Assembly (NCBI GenBank): GCA_965644495.1 | Contig: CBFFSA010000001.1 | Location: forward strand, 1,674,001-1,738,000 | DNA from: Perkinsela sp. CCAP 1560/9 | Lineage: Eukaryota > Protista > Euglenozoa: Kinetoplastea | Reading direction: 5' to 3' | Length of the DNA: 64,000 bases | Shown: positions 13,058-25,434 of the stretch, one piece after another | How the letters are laid out: the number at the start of each line of letters is the position of its first letter | Numbering within the stretch: position 1 is the stretch's first letter | Made by a program: the position numbers and the translations under genes | Notes under the pieces: generated by a model | What the model saw: the letters and a program-made list of their open reading frames with translations, nothing else | Database searches by the model: none | What the model was told of the DNA's origin: nothing

Positions 13058-13270
13058 TATGCACGCTTTCGGAAGCATTACGGGTGGGTTTGGAGAAGAC
13101 GTCATTGGCACCATGTATGCACTTTTCACCATCCCCCTTGTTTCACCCTTTTCTTCTCCCCTTTATTATGTACCCCCCCCTTTAGTATGCACCCCCCCTT
13201 TATTATGCACCCCCCCCTTTATTATGCACCCCGTTCACTACCGTATTATCGTCTTTTACACCGTATTTTT

Positions 13271-15005
13271 ATGTTCTTCTACCTCTCTCTCTGTTTGGAT
13301 GTCCCCGAGCCCTCCCGTAAGCGTCGCAAAGTGGAGCAAGACGTGCAGGGGTCCCACAACAAGGCTCCTGCGGGAAACCCCGTTGACTCCAAAGTCAGTA
13401 CTACAAATTTACCCCAAGTGTTCGCTTTGACTTTGCTGCCACGGTTGCATTTTTTTAATGTTCATGCACTCGCTGGAGCAGAGATACAGCCCTTGATGCG
13501 ACAGCCGATATCATCGGAAGAATCCGTGCTATCATCTCGCTACCCTAACCCATGCGAAGGGAGGAACAAACGTTCTCGACAAAGCGATTGTTTCACTCAA
13601 CATTGGATAATTTCATTGTTTATGAGTCAGGCAGGCCGGAGAATCAAAATAATACTTTTCCATACATTTCAGAAACGGACCTGTGAGATACAATGATGCA
13701 CTTCGTACATTACTATTAGACATTGAGTATTGGGTTTGCATTTAAACGATAATTTCTTTTAGGTGCATTTCTTTTAAGACAAGTTTTTTTTTCATTGTTC
13801 ACTCACTATCGTCGTCTTTGTTCGCATTTTGTTATTTATTCGTAGAATTTTATGGACATCACTTCCGAGCCCGAGTTGCATCAGATTACTACTACTACCC
13901 CAGCACAGGCGTCAACCGACTTTCGTCATTTTGCGTGGCACTGAATGGCACTGCGTGGCACTGAATGGCACTGAGTGACTGCATAGGGTCCAATGACGGA
14001 TGTCGCACCAAGGAGGTTTAGCTCGGACTCTGTCGGTAGAGGTGGTCCAGGCAACTCGCCCTCTCTTTACGCAGCCGGAGGGGCGCACTGCAACCGACTC
14101 GGTCCCAGTCGGTAGAGGTGGTCCAGGTAACTCACCACCTCTTTACGCAGCCGGAGGGGCGCACTGCAACCGACTCGGTCCCAGTCGGTAGAGGTGGTCC
14201 AGGCAACTCACCACCTCTTTACGCAGCCGGAGGGGCGCACTGCAACCGACCGCTGCCTCGCGATAAGACGAGGCAGAGCCACGCCCAGTGGTGCTCAAGG
14301 GAGGCCACCATGGCGCATGGCTCCCCGGGAAGGAAAGGGCGCGAAGGGAAGAAAGCTGGGGAGGGAAGAAAACTCACTCAAGGAGTGAGCCCGGGAGGGT
14401 TGATGGGGTGGAAGCGCGTCCCCTGCTTCGACGAGAAAGAGGGACAGTTTCGGCCTTAGTGCCGACCAGCAACGGGCATATAAAAGAGTATGATTATGCC
14501 CGTTGTCGGGGAAAGAAAAGATGAACTAATGGAAAATGTACCAACAAGGTACAGAAACTGCATCTTTTATTATTATTATTGAGAGCAATGCGTTTGTCGG
14601 AAGTGCGTGTTTGTCCAAACGCCCCGCCAGCGTGGTTGATCTGGATGTTTCGTAGAATCGTCTTACGGAACCACTCGATTTGATGTCACTCCCGCCAAAC
14701 CTTGAAACGCTCGATGTCTCGGAGAATGAGTTTTCAGGGGCATTGAATTTCAGCGAACTTCCTGCCAGTCTGAAATCTCTTGATTTCCAGAAATTGATCC
14801 AGAAATTCGTTTTCTGGGAAAGTGGATTTGTCGAAACTTTCCCCCGCCTTGAAGAGCTTGCAACTGTTCCACAATCCATTGTTGAAAGGTGTTTGCGTTT
14901 AAATCGGAGCTGCCCGCCACATTAAGCGTCCGTGTCGGTTTGGGCATTAGTGGTGCCCAAATCCGTCTCGTGACAAAGAAAGCAAAGGAGACGGATAAGA
15001 AATGA
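13271..15005 (+). pseudogene. LRR pseudogene, subfamily C, split by SL-headed retroposon
   Basis: 5' part MFFYLSLCLD..RKRRKV..SKVSTTNLPQVFAL (13271-13440); 3' part 14581-15005 paralogous to the end of 28476-29354 with stop and frameshifts. Confidence 0.8.
13450..14575 (-). mobile_element. SL-headed non-autonomous retroposon
   Basis: SL-like head 14542-14570(-), hairpin, three 76-bp internal repeats (14032-14250), GCATGAACATT-oligo(A) tail at 13450; unrelated insert at about 13528-13993 relative to the 18.2-kb copy. Confidence 0.8.
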
Positions 15006-15627
15006 GCCATCGAGGTTCGCAGGAAAGAATTTTTGGGGTTTTTGCCATCTTCGATTTGTTGAAGTAAAGCAAAAGAGTCTTGATACGTAGTGGAGAGCGC
15101 TATAGCATAAAGAGTACAGTACAGTGGTTGTAGTTCCCCGGTAATTTGACTCTTAAAACCGAAGTCACTGAAATTATTCCTACGAATTTATCAATTTATT
15201 TTAACGCATTTAGTTATTTTTACCAGGTAGAAAGGGGCGAGGGGGATATGAAGCAACGGACGTGGAAAATTTCCACTGAAAAGAAATCGTACCTCCCTGC
15301 ACAAAGAAGGCTTACATTCTTAGAATGTAAGAAATTAGAATTTCTAATGCTTGGTGTCGACCGCATTGATCAATAGAATCGTACTTCAGATTTTTGCAAA
15401 GAAAGAAAAAATACGAACACAATATTTTCAAAATATTGTGCAATAAAAAAACGTCGAATTTGTTTTCCTGCTTTTGTTTTTACAAATAACTGTGTTGGCT
15501 GTGAAGAAAAATATCTTATCAAATGATTTCTCATTACTTATATTTGGACGCTCCCTTATCGTCCGTTAAATGTCGAAAGGGGGATGAGGAAGGATCGCCT
15601 TTGAAAGCCGCGACAACACGTGTGAGA

Positions 15628-17133
15628 ATGAATACCTCGAAGGTCAGTGTTACGAATTTACCTCAAGAATACCAGTTAGCACGGCTGTTAGCAGACGCTA
15701 ACAACTTGCACAAATCTTGGAGTACTGAAGCACCAGCCTGTGAGTGGAATGGCGTTGAATGCAACGACGATGAGGAAGTTATTTATGTCACTTGGGATGT
15801 TTCGCGCATATCAGGGAGTTTGAGGTTTATTTATCTTCCCCATACCCTGGAGTCTTTTCTGGTCTATAATAACGATTTGTCAGGTTTGGTGCCTCTGGAT
15901 CAATTACCGCTGGGCTCACGGAACTTAGTCTTTCGCACAATCAATTTCAAGGAGGAATAGACTTGACGTTGTTGCCGCCTGGAACGAAAAACCTCTGCAG
16001 ACCCCCTTACAGTTTCTGTACCTTGTTGTACTTTTTTTCCTAGCTCATCTTTTCTCTCCCGGAAACGGGCATATTTTTACAATGTCAATGCCCGTTTCCG
16101 GATGGCGCTAGAAGAGGAACTGTCCCTCTTGTCGCAAAGTAGGGGTGCGCCTCCCTTCCCTCATCTCCCACCACCCCGCTCGGAACACGGTTCCGAGTCC
16201 CCATGCGCTGCAGGACCCTACTACGGGACCACGCGGCGTGCCTTCACTATCCGGCGACACCGGTACTTCTGCGCGTAGGAAGCTTCCATATACCGGAAGT
16301 CTCCCACACGGCGAGCAAACACGTTGTATGCGTGTTCTAGAGGATGTTCTATGCACCTCTCTTGCTCACGAGCCGTGGCGGATTCTGTGGGACCCCGATG
16401 CCTATGATGCATCATGAACCATGACTCCATTTGCCAGCATGCATCCATGGCCCTGACCATGTTGTATCATGAACCATGGAAGTCATTTGTAGCATGTACG
16501 ATGGGAATATCATCCGCGTCCCACAAATCCGTATATCTTTCCTGGCGCACTGCGCTTACGAAACATCTCGGGACATCTTATCCCGATGAGGCCGTCTCTT
16601 TTCGCTTTCCTGGGGAGGATATCCCGCGCTTTTCCCTGTGTTGCCTCGGAAGGCGAAAAGGTCCAGCAGGGAGCGTTGATTGCGCTTACTCCTGCTCGAC
16701 CTAATTATCTCTACAGGTACTGCCCTGTATGAACAAACAATTAGGCAGCAACTGCTTTACAGGAAGCGTTTGCCTATCAAATCTTCCAGTTTCCCTGACC
16801 GGCCTGTACCTCCAAGACAATGAACTTACCGAAGTTATTGATTTGACGTCTCTGCCACGGAACATGGTGATGCTGAACGTGGCTCGAAATCGGTTCTCCG
16901 GTAGGCTGTGTCTGGACCAGCTTCCGTCTAAAATACGAACGCTTGACCTGTCCGGCAACTTGTTTTCAGGACCGGTAGACTTGACGCGTCTTCCGGCAAG
17001 CATGGGAGACTTAAACTTGTCGGATAATATTGACTTGCATGGCATCGTGCCGCAATCGAGCCTTCCGCCCGAGTTACATGAGTATTCGCTTCACATTCAG
17101 AATACGAAAATTACGTTTAGTGACGTCGAGTAA
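15628..17133 (+). pseudogene. LRR gene, subfamily D, interrupted by retroposon
   Basis: MNTSKVSVTNLPQEYQL..; 1-nt frameshift near 15915; LPPGTKNLC | insert | LGSNCFTG rejoins into one LRR unit. Confidence 0.85.
16000..16740 (+). mobile_element. SL-headed non-autonomous retroposon (divergent subfamily)
   Basis: TACAGTTTCTGTACCTTGTTG at 16008-16028, 14-bp hairpin 16059-16101, CATG-rich internal repeats, GTATGAACAAACAA tail. Confidence 0.8.
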
Positions 17134-18182
17134 TCCCGGTGCGTATTGGAGGCATGTTTGTGGAACGGAGGTACATTAGGTTGTATATAAATAGGTACAT
17201 CAGGTTGTATATAAAGACGCATTTCAGGCATGTAATGTACGACGTATACAATGAACATGTAGATGTTTAATCGAGATACTTGAAAATAATGGGAAATGAT
17301 TTTTTTGGGACGACGATCACGAGCAAATCGTAAATCTTTTACAGCCAACACATTAATTTGTGTAACAAAAGCAGGAAAATATAAATTGATAAAAATTTTC
17401 GTGCTAATCGTTTGAAAAGCTACAGTGTAGGGATACGGGTGAGGGCCAATACAAGTTCGCGTGATATCATACCCGAAGCCCCTGATTTATCTTTTTGCAA
17501 AATTCTGAATAACAATACTATGAGGGGGGGGGCAGCCGGCCGGTGGTGATAGGCAGAATATGGCAGAATACGGCAGAATATGGCAAAAATCAGGTACAGG
17601 AAAAAGTAGACAGGAAAAAATTTCCCCGTCGCTCCGCGGCGCCTTGGTCTACTGCTTTTGCTAATGTTACTACTAGTAAAACATAGTAAAACTGTTAAAA
17701 CATAGTAAAACAGAAATCGGGGATTCATCACTGTCGACAAAGTTCAATAATAATTGCAACACTTCCAAAAAGTCAAGAATTTCTTTCCCACCGACCTTAC
17801 TAGCCTAGTCCTCGGGGAAATTAACCAACTTAATCTTTCTGACTTTTGTCTTCCTGCACGCTGCGTGGTGCCTGAGGACCGATGGGTCGTCCACTTTTCT
17901 TCGGGAACATTCCATTAATGACGATAGGGGGTTGTATCCGCACTATTACATTGATGGGTGGAGGGCGACGAAGCGAAGGCCGGATTCGCTAATAAAGCCT
18001 TCTCGTACGTGCTCCGCACCCAGCCACCCACCACGATATGTGATGAGATTAGGAATAAATTGTGCGACTCCTGTGGCAAGAAGCGGGACACCACATACGA
18101 ACACATCGTCGCAGAACGCAACCGCGCTCAGACAACGATTTAAAACGCGATCAGTTGCGTCCGGGTCACCTTGGAGAAGTGA

Positions 18183-18620
18183 TTTTGATGTTCATGCGCT
18201 CGTTGGCGCAGAGATACAGCCCTTGATGCGACAGCCGACATCATCGGCACAATCCGTATTGACGGATGTCGCACCAAGGGGGTTTAGCTCGGACTCTGTC
18301 GGTAGGGGGGGTCCAGGCAACTCGCCCTCTCTTTACGCAGCCGGAGGGGCGCACTGCAACCGACTCGGTCCCAGTCGGTAGAGGTGGTCCAGGCAACTCA
18401 CCACCTCTTTACGCAGCCGGAGGGGCGCACTGCAACCGACCGCTGCCTCGCGATAAGACGAGGCAGAGCCACGCCCAGTGGTCCTCAAGGGAGGCCACCA
18501 TGGCGCATGGCTCCCCGGGAAGAAAAGGGCGCGAGGGGAAGAAAGCCGGGGAGGGAAGAAAACCCACTCAAGGAGTGAGCCCGGGAGGGGTGATGGGGTG
18601 GAAGCGCGTTCCTCTGTTTC
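18183..18620 (-). mobile_element. 5'-truncated copy of SL-headed retroposon family
   Basis: Colinear with 13450-14430; two 76-bp repeats; tail GCATGAACATCAAAA; no head. Confidence 0.8.
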
Positions 18621-18920
18621 CGCGAACAACGCGATAATGTTTCAATGGCTTTTGTATCGCTGCCTTCCATTTGATGATGTACTTATTTTCATGATGTACT
18701 TTTCCAAATGACCAACAAGCTCGGTTCAGACCAAGCTCGGTCGGAATTTCCTCTGATACGGTTTGTAAGAGACGTCAGGCATATTCGTACAAAAGCAAGT
18801 GAAAAGAAGGAATGGATTCTTGGAACATAGCGGAATAAGGCTCGTTGAAGAACAACTGGCCTTCTACAATACATAAATTATGTGGAATTCAATATGGGCT
18901 GGTTAATCATTATTATTTTC

Positions 18921-19030
18921 TTTTTTAGTCTCTTCGTTAAATGCGGTGGTTGTCTTCAACTTAGAAGTCACTCATGCTGCGCGCTTCGCGTTGAAAACTA
19001 CCACCGGGTTTAACGAAGAGCCTAAAAAAA
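18921..19030. repeat. Dispersed ~105-bp palindromic element
   Basis: ~38-bp inverted arms (..CTTCGTTAAAYGCGGTGGTTGTYTTCAAC) around a ~29-nt core; other copies at 12491, 33181, 34405, 49821, 51515, 63145. Confidence 0.85.
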
Positions 19031-19533
19031 AAAACTTGGCTTCGAAAGCGGAAGAAAACGGAAGGACTTGAAAACCGATTTTCGGGCAAAAAAGGGGTAT
19101 TTTTGCGTATTCTCGCTCTCAGAGCACTAAATTCGATATTCCCGTGTGGTAAAACACTCATAGGCATGAATTAAAGCCTACAGAACGTATTGGGTAGAGA
19201 ATGTGACTCCAACCACACCATTCTTTCGACACGAAAAGGCACCTTGGGGTCCGAAAAATACTTTTTCGCATTTTTTAATCCAAAATGGGTCATTTTGGCA
19301 GCCGTACTACGGCTCCAAAAAGGCGTACCTTGCGAAACCAACGATCCAGTCAATGCAGTTAAGCCTTGGATGCCTTTATCTTGGCGAATATGATGCCAAC
19401 TACGAATGTTTTGATAAGACAGCTGATCCGTATTAGAGGCAAATCGGGGTTTGACGGCTTGGCCGTTAAACGGAGGTTTGTTCATAAAAACCAGTTTGGC
19501 GTTCAGGTTCCCTTGAACTTCAGGTTCCCTTCA

Positions 19534-20001
19534 GGGGGGCACATCATGATTTGGGCGTGCATGTCCCGAAACGGTGTGGGGCATGTGCGTCTAGTTCAAG
19601 GGAACCTGAACGCCACACAGTACGTCGAGATTCTTGAAGAGAATCTTGCCCCCTCCATCGAAACTATGGGTCTAGACCCCCCAATGGTCATCTTCCAACA
19701 AGATAATGACCCCAAGCACACAAGCCATTGTGCGCAACGACACCTCCGGGGTACCGGGTTTGAAGTCATGCGGTGGCCCCCGCAGTCCCCTGACTCAAAT
19801 CCAATCGAAAACGTTTGGGGGGAACTCAAGCGGCGCCTTGCAGCGCACGATGATCCACCAAGCGGGGTCCGAGAGTTGTGGGAGAGGGTAAAAATGGAAT
19901 GGGCGAACAAACCACCCTCAGTATGTCGTGCCCAGGTGGACAGTATGCCTGCCCGTATGAAGGCAGTGCTGAAAGCTCGTGGGGGGAATACTAAATACTA
20001 A
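19534..20001 (+). pseudogene. Tc1 (DD34E) transposase C-terminal half
   Basis: GGHIMIWACMS..FQQDNDPKH..WPPQSPDSNPIE..GGNTKY; 34 residues between D and E; N-terminus missing. Confidence 0.9.
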
Positions 20002-20221
20002 TTTTACGGGCATAATCTCTCTTGGGCGATTACGTTTCATCTATTTTTTGGGACAAGATTTTCTCTATAATAAGTAGCAAAAAAACCTTTCGAGTGCTAA
20101 ACTTTTTTATATTCATTCTTATTTCTTTGGTAGAACGAACTGAGGTGAACTATCTACGAGTACTATTAGGTGACAGTCATGCCTACACTACTAGCACACA
20201 TTACCAGCGCAACGGTGATAT

Positions 20222-20460
20222 TTAATCAATAGCTCTATACAAAAGAAAAAAAACCGAAACATTCGAACGGTTTTTTTGCTGACTGTATGTAAATCTGACC
20301 TGATCGTCAGTGCAATGCATACGCATGACAATTAATACAGATAAAACTCCATGTGAGTCATCAACTCCTATTTTATGCATTAAGTGTTGCACAATGGTGC
20401 ACGTAAATCCAGTGAAGGTAAGGCACTCTTCGTCGGTCGGAATGGAAAAATTCATTTGAT
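20222..20460 (-). pseudogene. Possible ISL2EU/Harbinger-like transposase N-terminal fragment
   Basis: CLTFTGF..VLSVLIVMR..VRFTYS pattern only. Confidence 0.3.
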
Positions 20461-20611
20461 AAAAGAATCTAAGCTTTATTGAAGGAACTAATACCAGCAA
20501 ACATAAAGAATAACTCACGTAAACTTACGAAATTTGTTGAATTTTACTAAAAGAAAACAAAAATTCGGGCCGCTTCGCGGCGCGCGTATTTCGGGGAAAT
20601 AAAGATAAAGG

Positions 20612-21198
20612 GTTTGTTTATTCATGCACTTAGAGTGGAGAGATTTGCCTCACATTGTCCTTACCCGCATACGACGGGTGGATCACGTGAGGATTTGCCC
20701 TCGCTGGAGGAGAGTGGGTGCAGAGAGCTGACGTCCCAGGTGCAGAGAGCTCGGTTGTCATGTGCAGGTGCAGAGAGCCGGATGCGTAATCCCCATATTA
20801 CAGTTTCGGGGGCAATCCGGGTGCAGAGAGCTGCGACAGAGCCGAGGTGCGGAGAGCTGGGCGACCGTCAGGTGCGGAGAGCCGTAAACGCGGGCAGCGA
20901 GGGACGCGTCTAGTGGTCCTCAAGGGAGGCCACCGTGACGCCTAGCCCTCTCGGGGAGGTACGGATCGGGAGGAAAGAAGCCGAGAGGGAGAAGCACTCA
21001 CTCCAGGGGAGTGAGTCGGGGAGGGGTGAAGGGATGGAGGCGCTTCCCCTGCTTCAGCGATAAAGGGGGACAGTTCCAGCCTTTGCGCCGGCCGGCAACG
21101 GGCATGAAAATACAGTAAGAGTATGCCCGTTGCCGGGGAAAGAAAGGATGAACTAAGGTTAAGTACAACAAGGTACAGAAACTGTATCTTTATAGCTT
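20612..21198 (-). mobile_element. SL-headed non-autonomous retroposon
   Basis: Longest head AAGCTATAAAGATACAGTTTCTGTACCTTGTTG (21166-21198,-), hairpin 21092-21136, GGTGC(A/G)GAGAGC repeats, tail GCATGAATAAACAAA. Confidence 0.85.
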
Positions 21199-21825
21199 GA
21201 CGGGGACACCACGTATTCCAAGTATAACGTAACATAACCACCACGCGTTGCAGTGTTTTTGACGTGGAATCCCGCCTGATAGGCAGAATATGGAAGAATA
21301 TGGCAGATTGAGCGACCGCCTCCCCTCATACTTCACCTGTCATACCCCAACTCCCCGTCGAGACCGAAAACTTCTGCGAATGATATGAGGGTTGATAATC
21401 CCTGGGCAGTGTTCTGCCCAGGGACTTATCCATTATCTCGGTCGGTGTAGCACAAGAAAAGGACCTCACTAAAACGACTATATTTTACAACATTCAGTTT
21501 GCACTCGTTTAGTACCGATGAGGAAAAATAAATATGGGATGTAAAATGTCAAGAAAACACTTTTGAAAGGAATACAACACAAATTCACAATATCTAGAGG
21601 GGAATCTTATTCCCGCTTTAATCCACAAAGTTGAAATTTATTGAACTTCGCAGATTTTGAAGGTGGCCGTCCTGGATGGTGGCCGGCGATGATTGGTAAT
21701 GCGCCGGGAGGTCAAGATAAATAAAAAAAGAGGACGCGTCATCTGCTCTTGTAGGTAATACGCACACGTGTGAGGAGTTAACCGTATTCTCAAGAAATAA
21801 CCTTTATTTATCATTCAAGACTCAG

Positions 21826-22501
21826 ATGACGTTGTTTGGTCTTGCAACAGAGATTTCAAGTCGGACACCCAGTAAGGTGCGAGGAGCGAACTTACCGCAG
21901 GAATTCGAGCTTGCTCGATTTATTGCGAATATTGAAAATCCGTCTCCTACATGGAACACCTCGACACCTGCGTGCCAGTGGGAAGGTGTGATGTGCGATA
22001 GAACATTACACGCTCGAACTCTTCTTTGGTCGCACCTCGGCCTTACAGGCTCACTTCGGTGGGAAACACACTTGCTTTTACGGGGTCTATAACAAATTCA
22101 TCAGTAATGTTCAGTTACGGAACTTACCACGAAAATTCAGATATCTACGAATAGGCAAAAACAAATTTAACGGGGAGTTTGACATGCTCTATTTACCCGA
22201 TACGCTAGAAAAGATGCTTTTAGAGTGGAATGAGTTTGAAGGTCACCTCGACTTAAGTTCCCTGCCTCCCAGCCTGCAATACTTGCGGGTCAATAACAAC
22301 AACTTATCCGGATCGGTTGTTCTCTCCTACTTGGCACCAACCATGACGCGTCTTTACTTATCGTATAATCGTTTCACGGGAATGCTTGATTTAGGAAGTT
22401 TGCCCTCTACTTTTGAGAAGCTATCCTACAACTGGAACCCACTATCCAATGAGGTAGACCTTTCTGCACTTCGTAACCGTGCTTGCTTAACCTCTCTGTG
22501 A
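21826..22501 (+). pseudogene. LRR pseudogene, subfamily A
   Basis: MTLFGLATE..SKVRGANLPQEFEL..; same frameshift as the 8315 copy; LRRs continue in ORF 22184-22501. Confidence 0.85.
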
Positions 22502-23001
22502 TGAAAAAAAATTTCTGCAAATTTTAGTATTTTACTTTTTCGCGTCGATCCACTTTTATGTGCACTTTGGTGCACAACATTTTCCTTTTTAGGATGAGTT
22601 TCGTCGCGCGCCATTTAGGAATCGGTTTTGTCGCGTTTGTGCAGTACTGATCTGTTGGTAATGCGAGTGTTGCTCAATGTACGAGATTTCTCGCAATAGC
22701 CTACTGTAACCTCCATACCATTTCACAAAATTGGTTCAACCAGTAGCATTTGTCAAGAACACTATCAGAACAATCGGCAGCACTATACTGGTACTGCAGT
22801 GCAGTACTGATAGTACAACGTATATTAGAATGGCTATGCGTGTTTGTTACACATTCCCAACATCTGTATTTCTTTTGCCGTTGAAGCTCGAAGTAGGGTT
22901 CAGTCACATTGGACTCTCCTACACTCTTACACGTTCTTCTAACAATGTTTATCGAGTCATATTTGAATTTGTTCTTTTCTACAATCTTATTTTTCTTCCG
23001 C

Positions 23002-24093
23002 ATGACTCTTTCAAACCTACTTTTTCTTCTGCTCGGCACATTACCGGTACACCCCAAGCATTTCGCGGGACTCTACCTTTTCAAAGGATACATTTGTTAT
23101 GCGGTGAACACCGCGGATGATTGTGTGCCTAATGTAATGTGTCAGCGAGAGGGTGATATTCGAGATTTTGTTCGTAAAGCAGCATATGTTTATGCCTCCG
23201 GTTCCCAGGTCTTTTTTGACAACGCGATTACAGCACATCACGTACAAAAGGACATATTTGGTCGAATAACAGCTGTGAAATGGAACAAATACAAATACGA
23301 AGGGCTCATCTTTTGTTATGAGATTCATTGGAACCTTCTGCCGTGTACTGTACGCGAAATCGACTTGTCTTTCAATTCCCTAGAGTCTGTTCCCAATCAA
23401 ACTTTGCCTACGGCTTCAGACTTTCCTTTTCTCACTGAACTCAACGTTGAAAGTAATCGATTAAGTGGAAATGTTTCCTGGTCAGAATTGCCGCCTACTC
23501 TTCGTGTGCTGAATGTACGAAAGAATAAGTTGAGTGGATCGGTGGAGTGGAACTCCTTGCCGCCGTGCCTAATAGCTTTAGACATTTCGGACAACGAATT
23601 TACCGGAAGTTGTGAACTTCTCGCATTACCTCCTGCCCTGCGAGAACTGAATGCGTGTGAGAATTCGTTTGATGGAGAGCTGCGTCTTGAAAATATTCCA
23701 TTTGCTTTGGTGACCTTAAACCTTGCGAATAACAAGCTCACCGGACGTGTAGATTTATCTGGGCTACGTCGTGAGTGTCTTTTATCGATGAGTCAACTGG
23801 AGGAGAGCAAGAAATCCAACGAACAGAAGTTTGTATCGTGTCCTCTTATGCTTCAAGAACTGAATTTAAGTAAAAATCAATTTAATGGAAGTGTTGCGTT
23901 TGATCTGTTTCTACCTTACCTTGTAAAGCTTGATGTGAGCTGCAATTCCCTGGGGCCTGACGCTGAAATTCGAAATCTGTCGCCCTCCACTGTGGTTGAT
24001 TTAAGGTTGAATCGGATTTCTGCCGCTGTGTTGAAAAATTGTGCCAATCGGGTTTTGTTGATTCCTCAAACCGATCATCCATTGAACTTTTGA
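23002..24093 (+). CDS. Putative secreted LRR protein, subfamily B
   Basis: Paralog of 9096-10196; ATG 23002 MTLSNLLFLLLG; intact. Confidence 0.9.
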   Translation: MTLSNLLFLLLGTLPVHPKHFAGLYLFKGYICYAVNTADDCVPNVMCQREGDIRDFVRKAAYVYASGSQVFFDNAITAHHVQKDIFGRITAVKWNKYKYEGLIFCYEIHWNLLPCTVREIDLSFNSLESVPNQTLPTASDFPFLTELNVESNRLSGNVSWSELPPTLRVLNVRKNKLSGSVEWNSLPPCLIALDISDNEFTGSCELLALPPALRELNACENSFDGELRLENIPFALVTLNLANNKLTGRVDLSGLRRECLLSMSQLEESKKSNEQKFVSCPLMLQELNLSKNQFNGSVAFDLFLPYLVKLDVSCNSLGPDAEIRNLSPSTVVDLRLNRISAAVLKNCANRVLLIPQTDHPLNF

Positions 24094-24655
24094 GCTTATT
24101 ACTTCGCATTTTTGTCATAAAAAACAAGTCTCGGTATATTTTATTGAAGCTTTTTTTAGACCTAACGAAATTCAATTGGTTATTTAAACTTGCCATTAGC
24201 ATGTTGAAATGAAGAGTAACTAGATCTTGTACGTAGTAGAGAACAGGTCATTTTTTTTCTATTTAGTTTTATTCAATGCATATGGAGTCATAGCTTGCCT
24301 TCGTTAAAACTTCATTTCTATACTTGCCCAGCCTTTTCTGTATACTAAGAAATTTGTACACTTTAGAAACAGACTGTGTTACTAAAAAAATGAATAAGAA
24401 CACAGTACCGAATGTGTAGCCCTTCGTAAAAATAAACTTGCCCCCTTTTTTCCGAAAATTCAACTCCCACATAAATGCTTTAAATCTTCAACGTTTAACC
24501 TAGGAGGTTACATCATGTTATGCCATTTCCATTTTAGTATCATCACGGCCTTTCTAATACATTGTAATGTACCTGTACATTGTAATCCATCGTCTCTACT
24601 AAAAAAATCCCTATCTTCTCACGACTAAATCATCCTCTTTTAACCCCTTATTTTC

Positions 24656-24820
24656 ATGCTGCTGTCTCCCCTCTCTTTGGACCCTCCCCCACCAGCCCCT
24701 AAACGTCGCAAACCCGACAACTCCCCCCCCCCCCCGCTGGAGCCTCCGAACCCGTACCCTCCAAAGTCACCACTTCAACGTTACCCCAGGAATTCGCTTT
24801 GGCACGACTCTTTTCGGTTG
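24656..24820 (+). pseudogene. 5' fragment of subfamily C LRR gene
   Basis: MLLSPLSLDPPPPAPKRRKPD then, after a frameshift, SKVTTSTLPQEFALARL. Confidence 0.75.
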
Positions 24821-25434
24821 TCCAAGGAAGAAAATTTTAAGCCCTAAAATCCCACTTCCCCCTCAGATTTGTGCCATTTCTGAGGCCTTTTCAGTAGGGG
24901 TTGGAGGCACATCTGATCAAAAAACGTCGTAGAAGGGTAGCTGAGGTCCAAAACTCTCAAAATACGTTTTAGGAGTTGATTTTTGAAAACTGTTGCTTTT
25001 TTCTCTCCAACACTTCCCTGCACTGGATTTTGAGAGAGAACTAAAGATTCATTTTTTTTTGTGACCCCATGAATCCCCCATGAACCCTCCATTTTCTGAT
25101 TTGTTTTATGTTTCAATCCATTTTTATGCGCACTTTGGTGCAAATCGGTTTCGTCATGTGAGGAAGTGATGCCGCGGATGAAACTTCACCTCCCGCAGCC
25201 CCTTAGTGTAGTCTTCTAGTATGGATACTACAGTACAGTATAGATATACTGTAGGACAACGTACATCAGATTGGCTATCCGTGTTTATACATATACACAT
25301 TCTCTACATTACACATATTTTGCAATTTGAAGCTAACAGTAGGATTGAAACATTGAACTCCACTACATTTGGACACGTTTCTCTAATCATACTTTATGAT
25401 AAAGTATCGTGTAATCTTTAAATGTGCTCTTTTC

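Larger units (their letters stand above)
11014..13120 (+). pseudogene. pogo/Tigger-like transposase fragment split by nested elements
   Basis: KRVELTIYDKHEI..IREKYGITRRTV HTH; frame ..LEDTY resumes as ARFRKHYGW after the insert at 11385-13057. Confidence 0.55.
17521..21328. mobile_element. Possible mariner-like shell containing nested elements
   Basis: TA-TGAGGGG(G/A)GG inverted termini; GGCAGAATAT subterminal repeats near both ends. Confidence 0.45.

Noticed and set aside
8922-21198. Functional SL RNA genes
   Set aside because: Heads lack the 5' AACTAAC part, are not tandemly arrayed and run into retroposon sequence.
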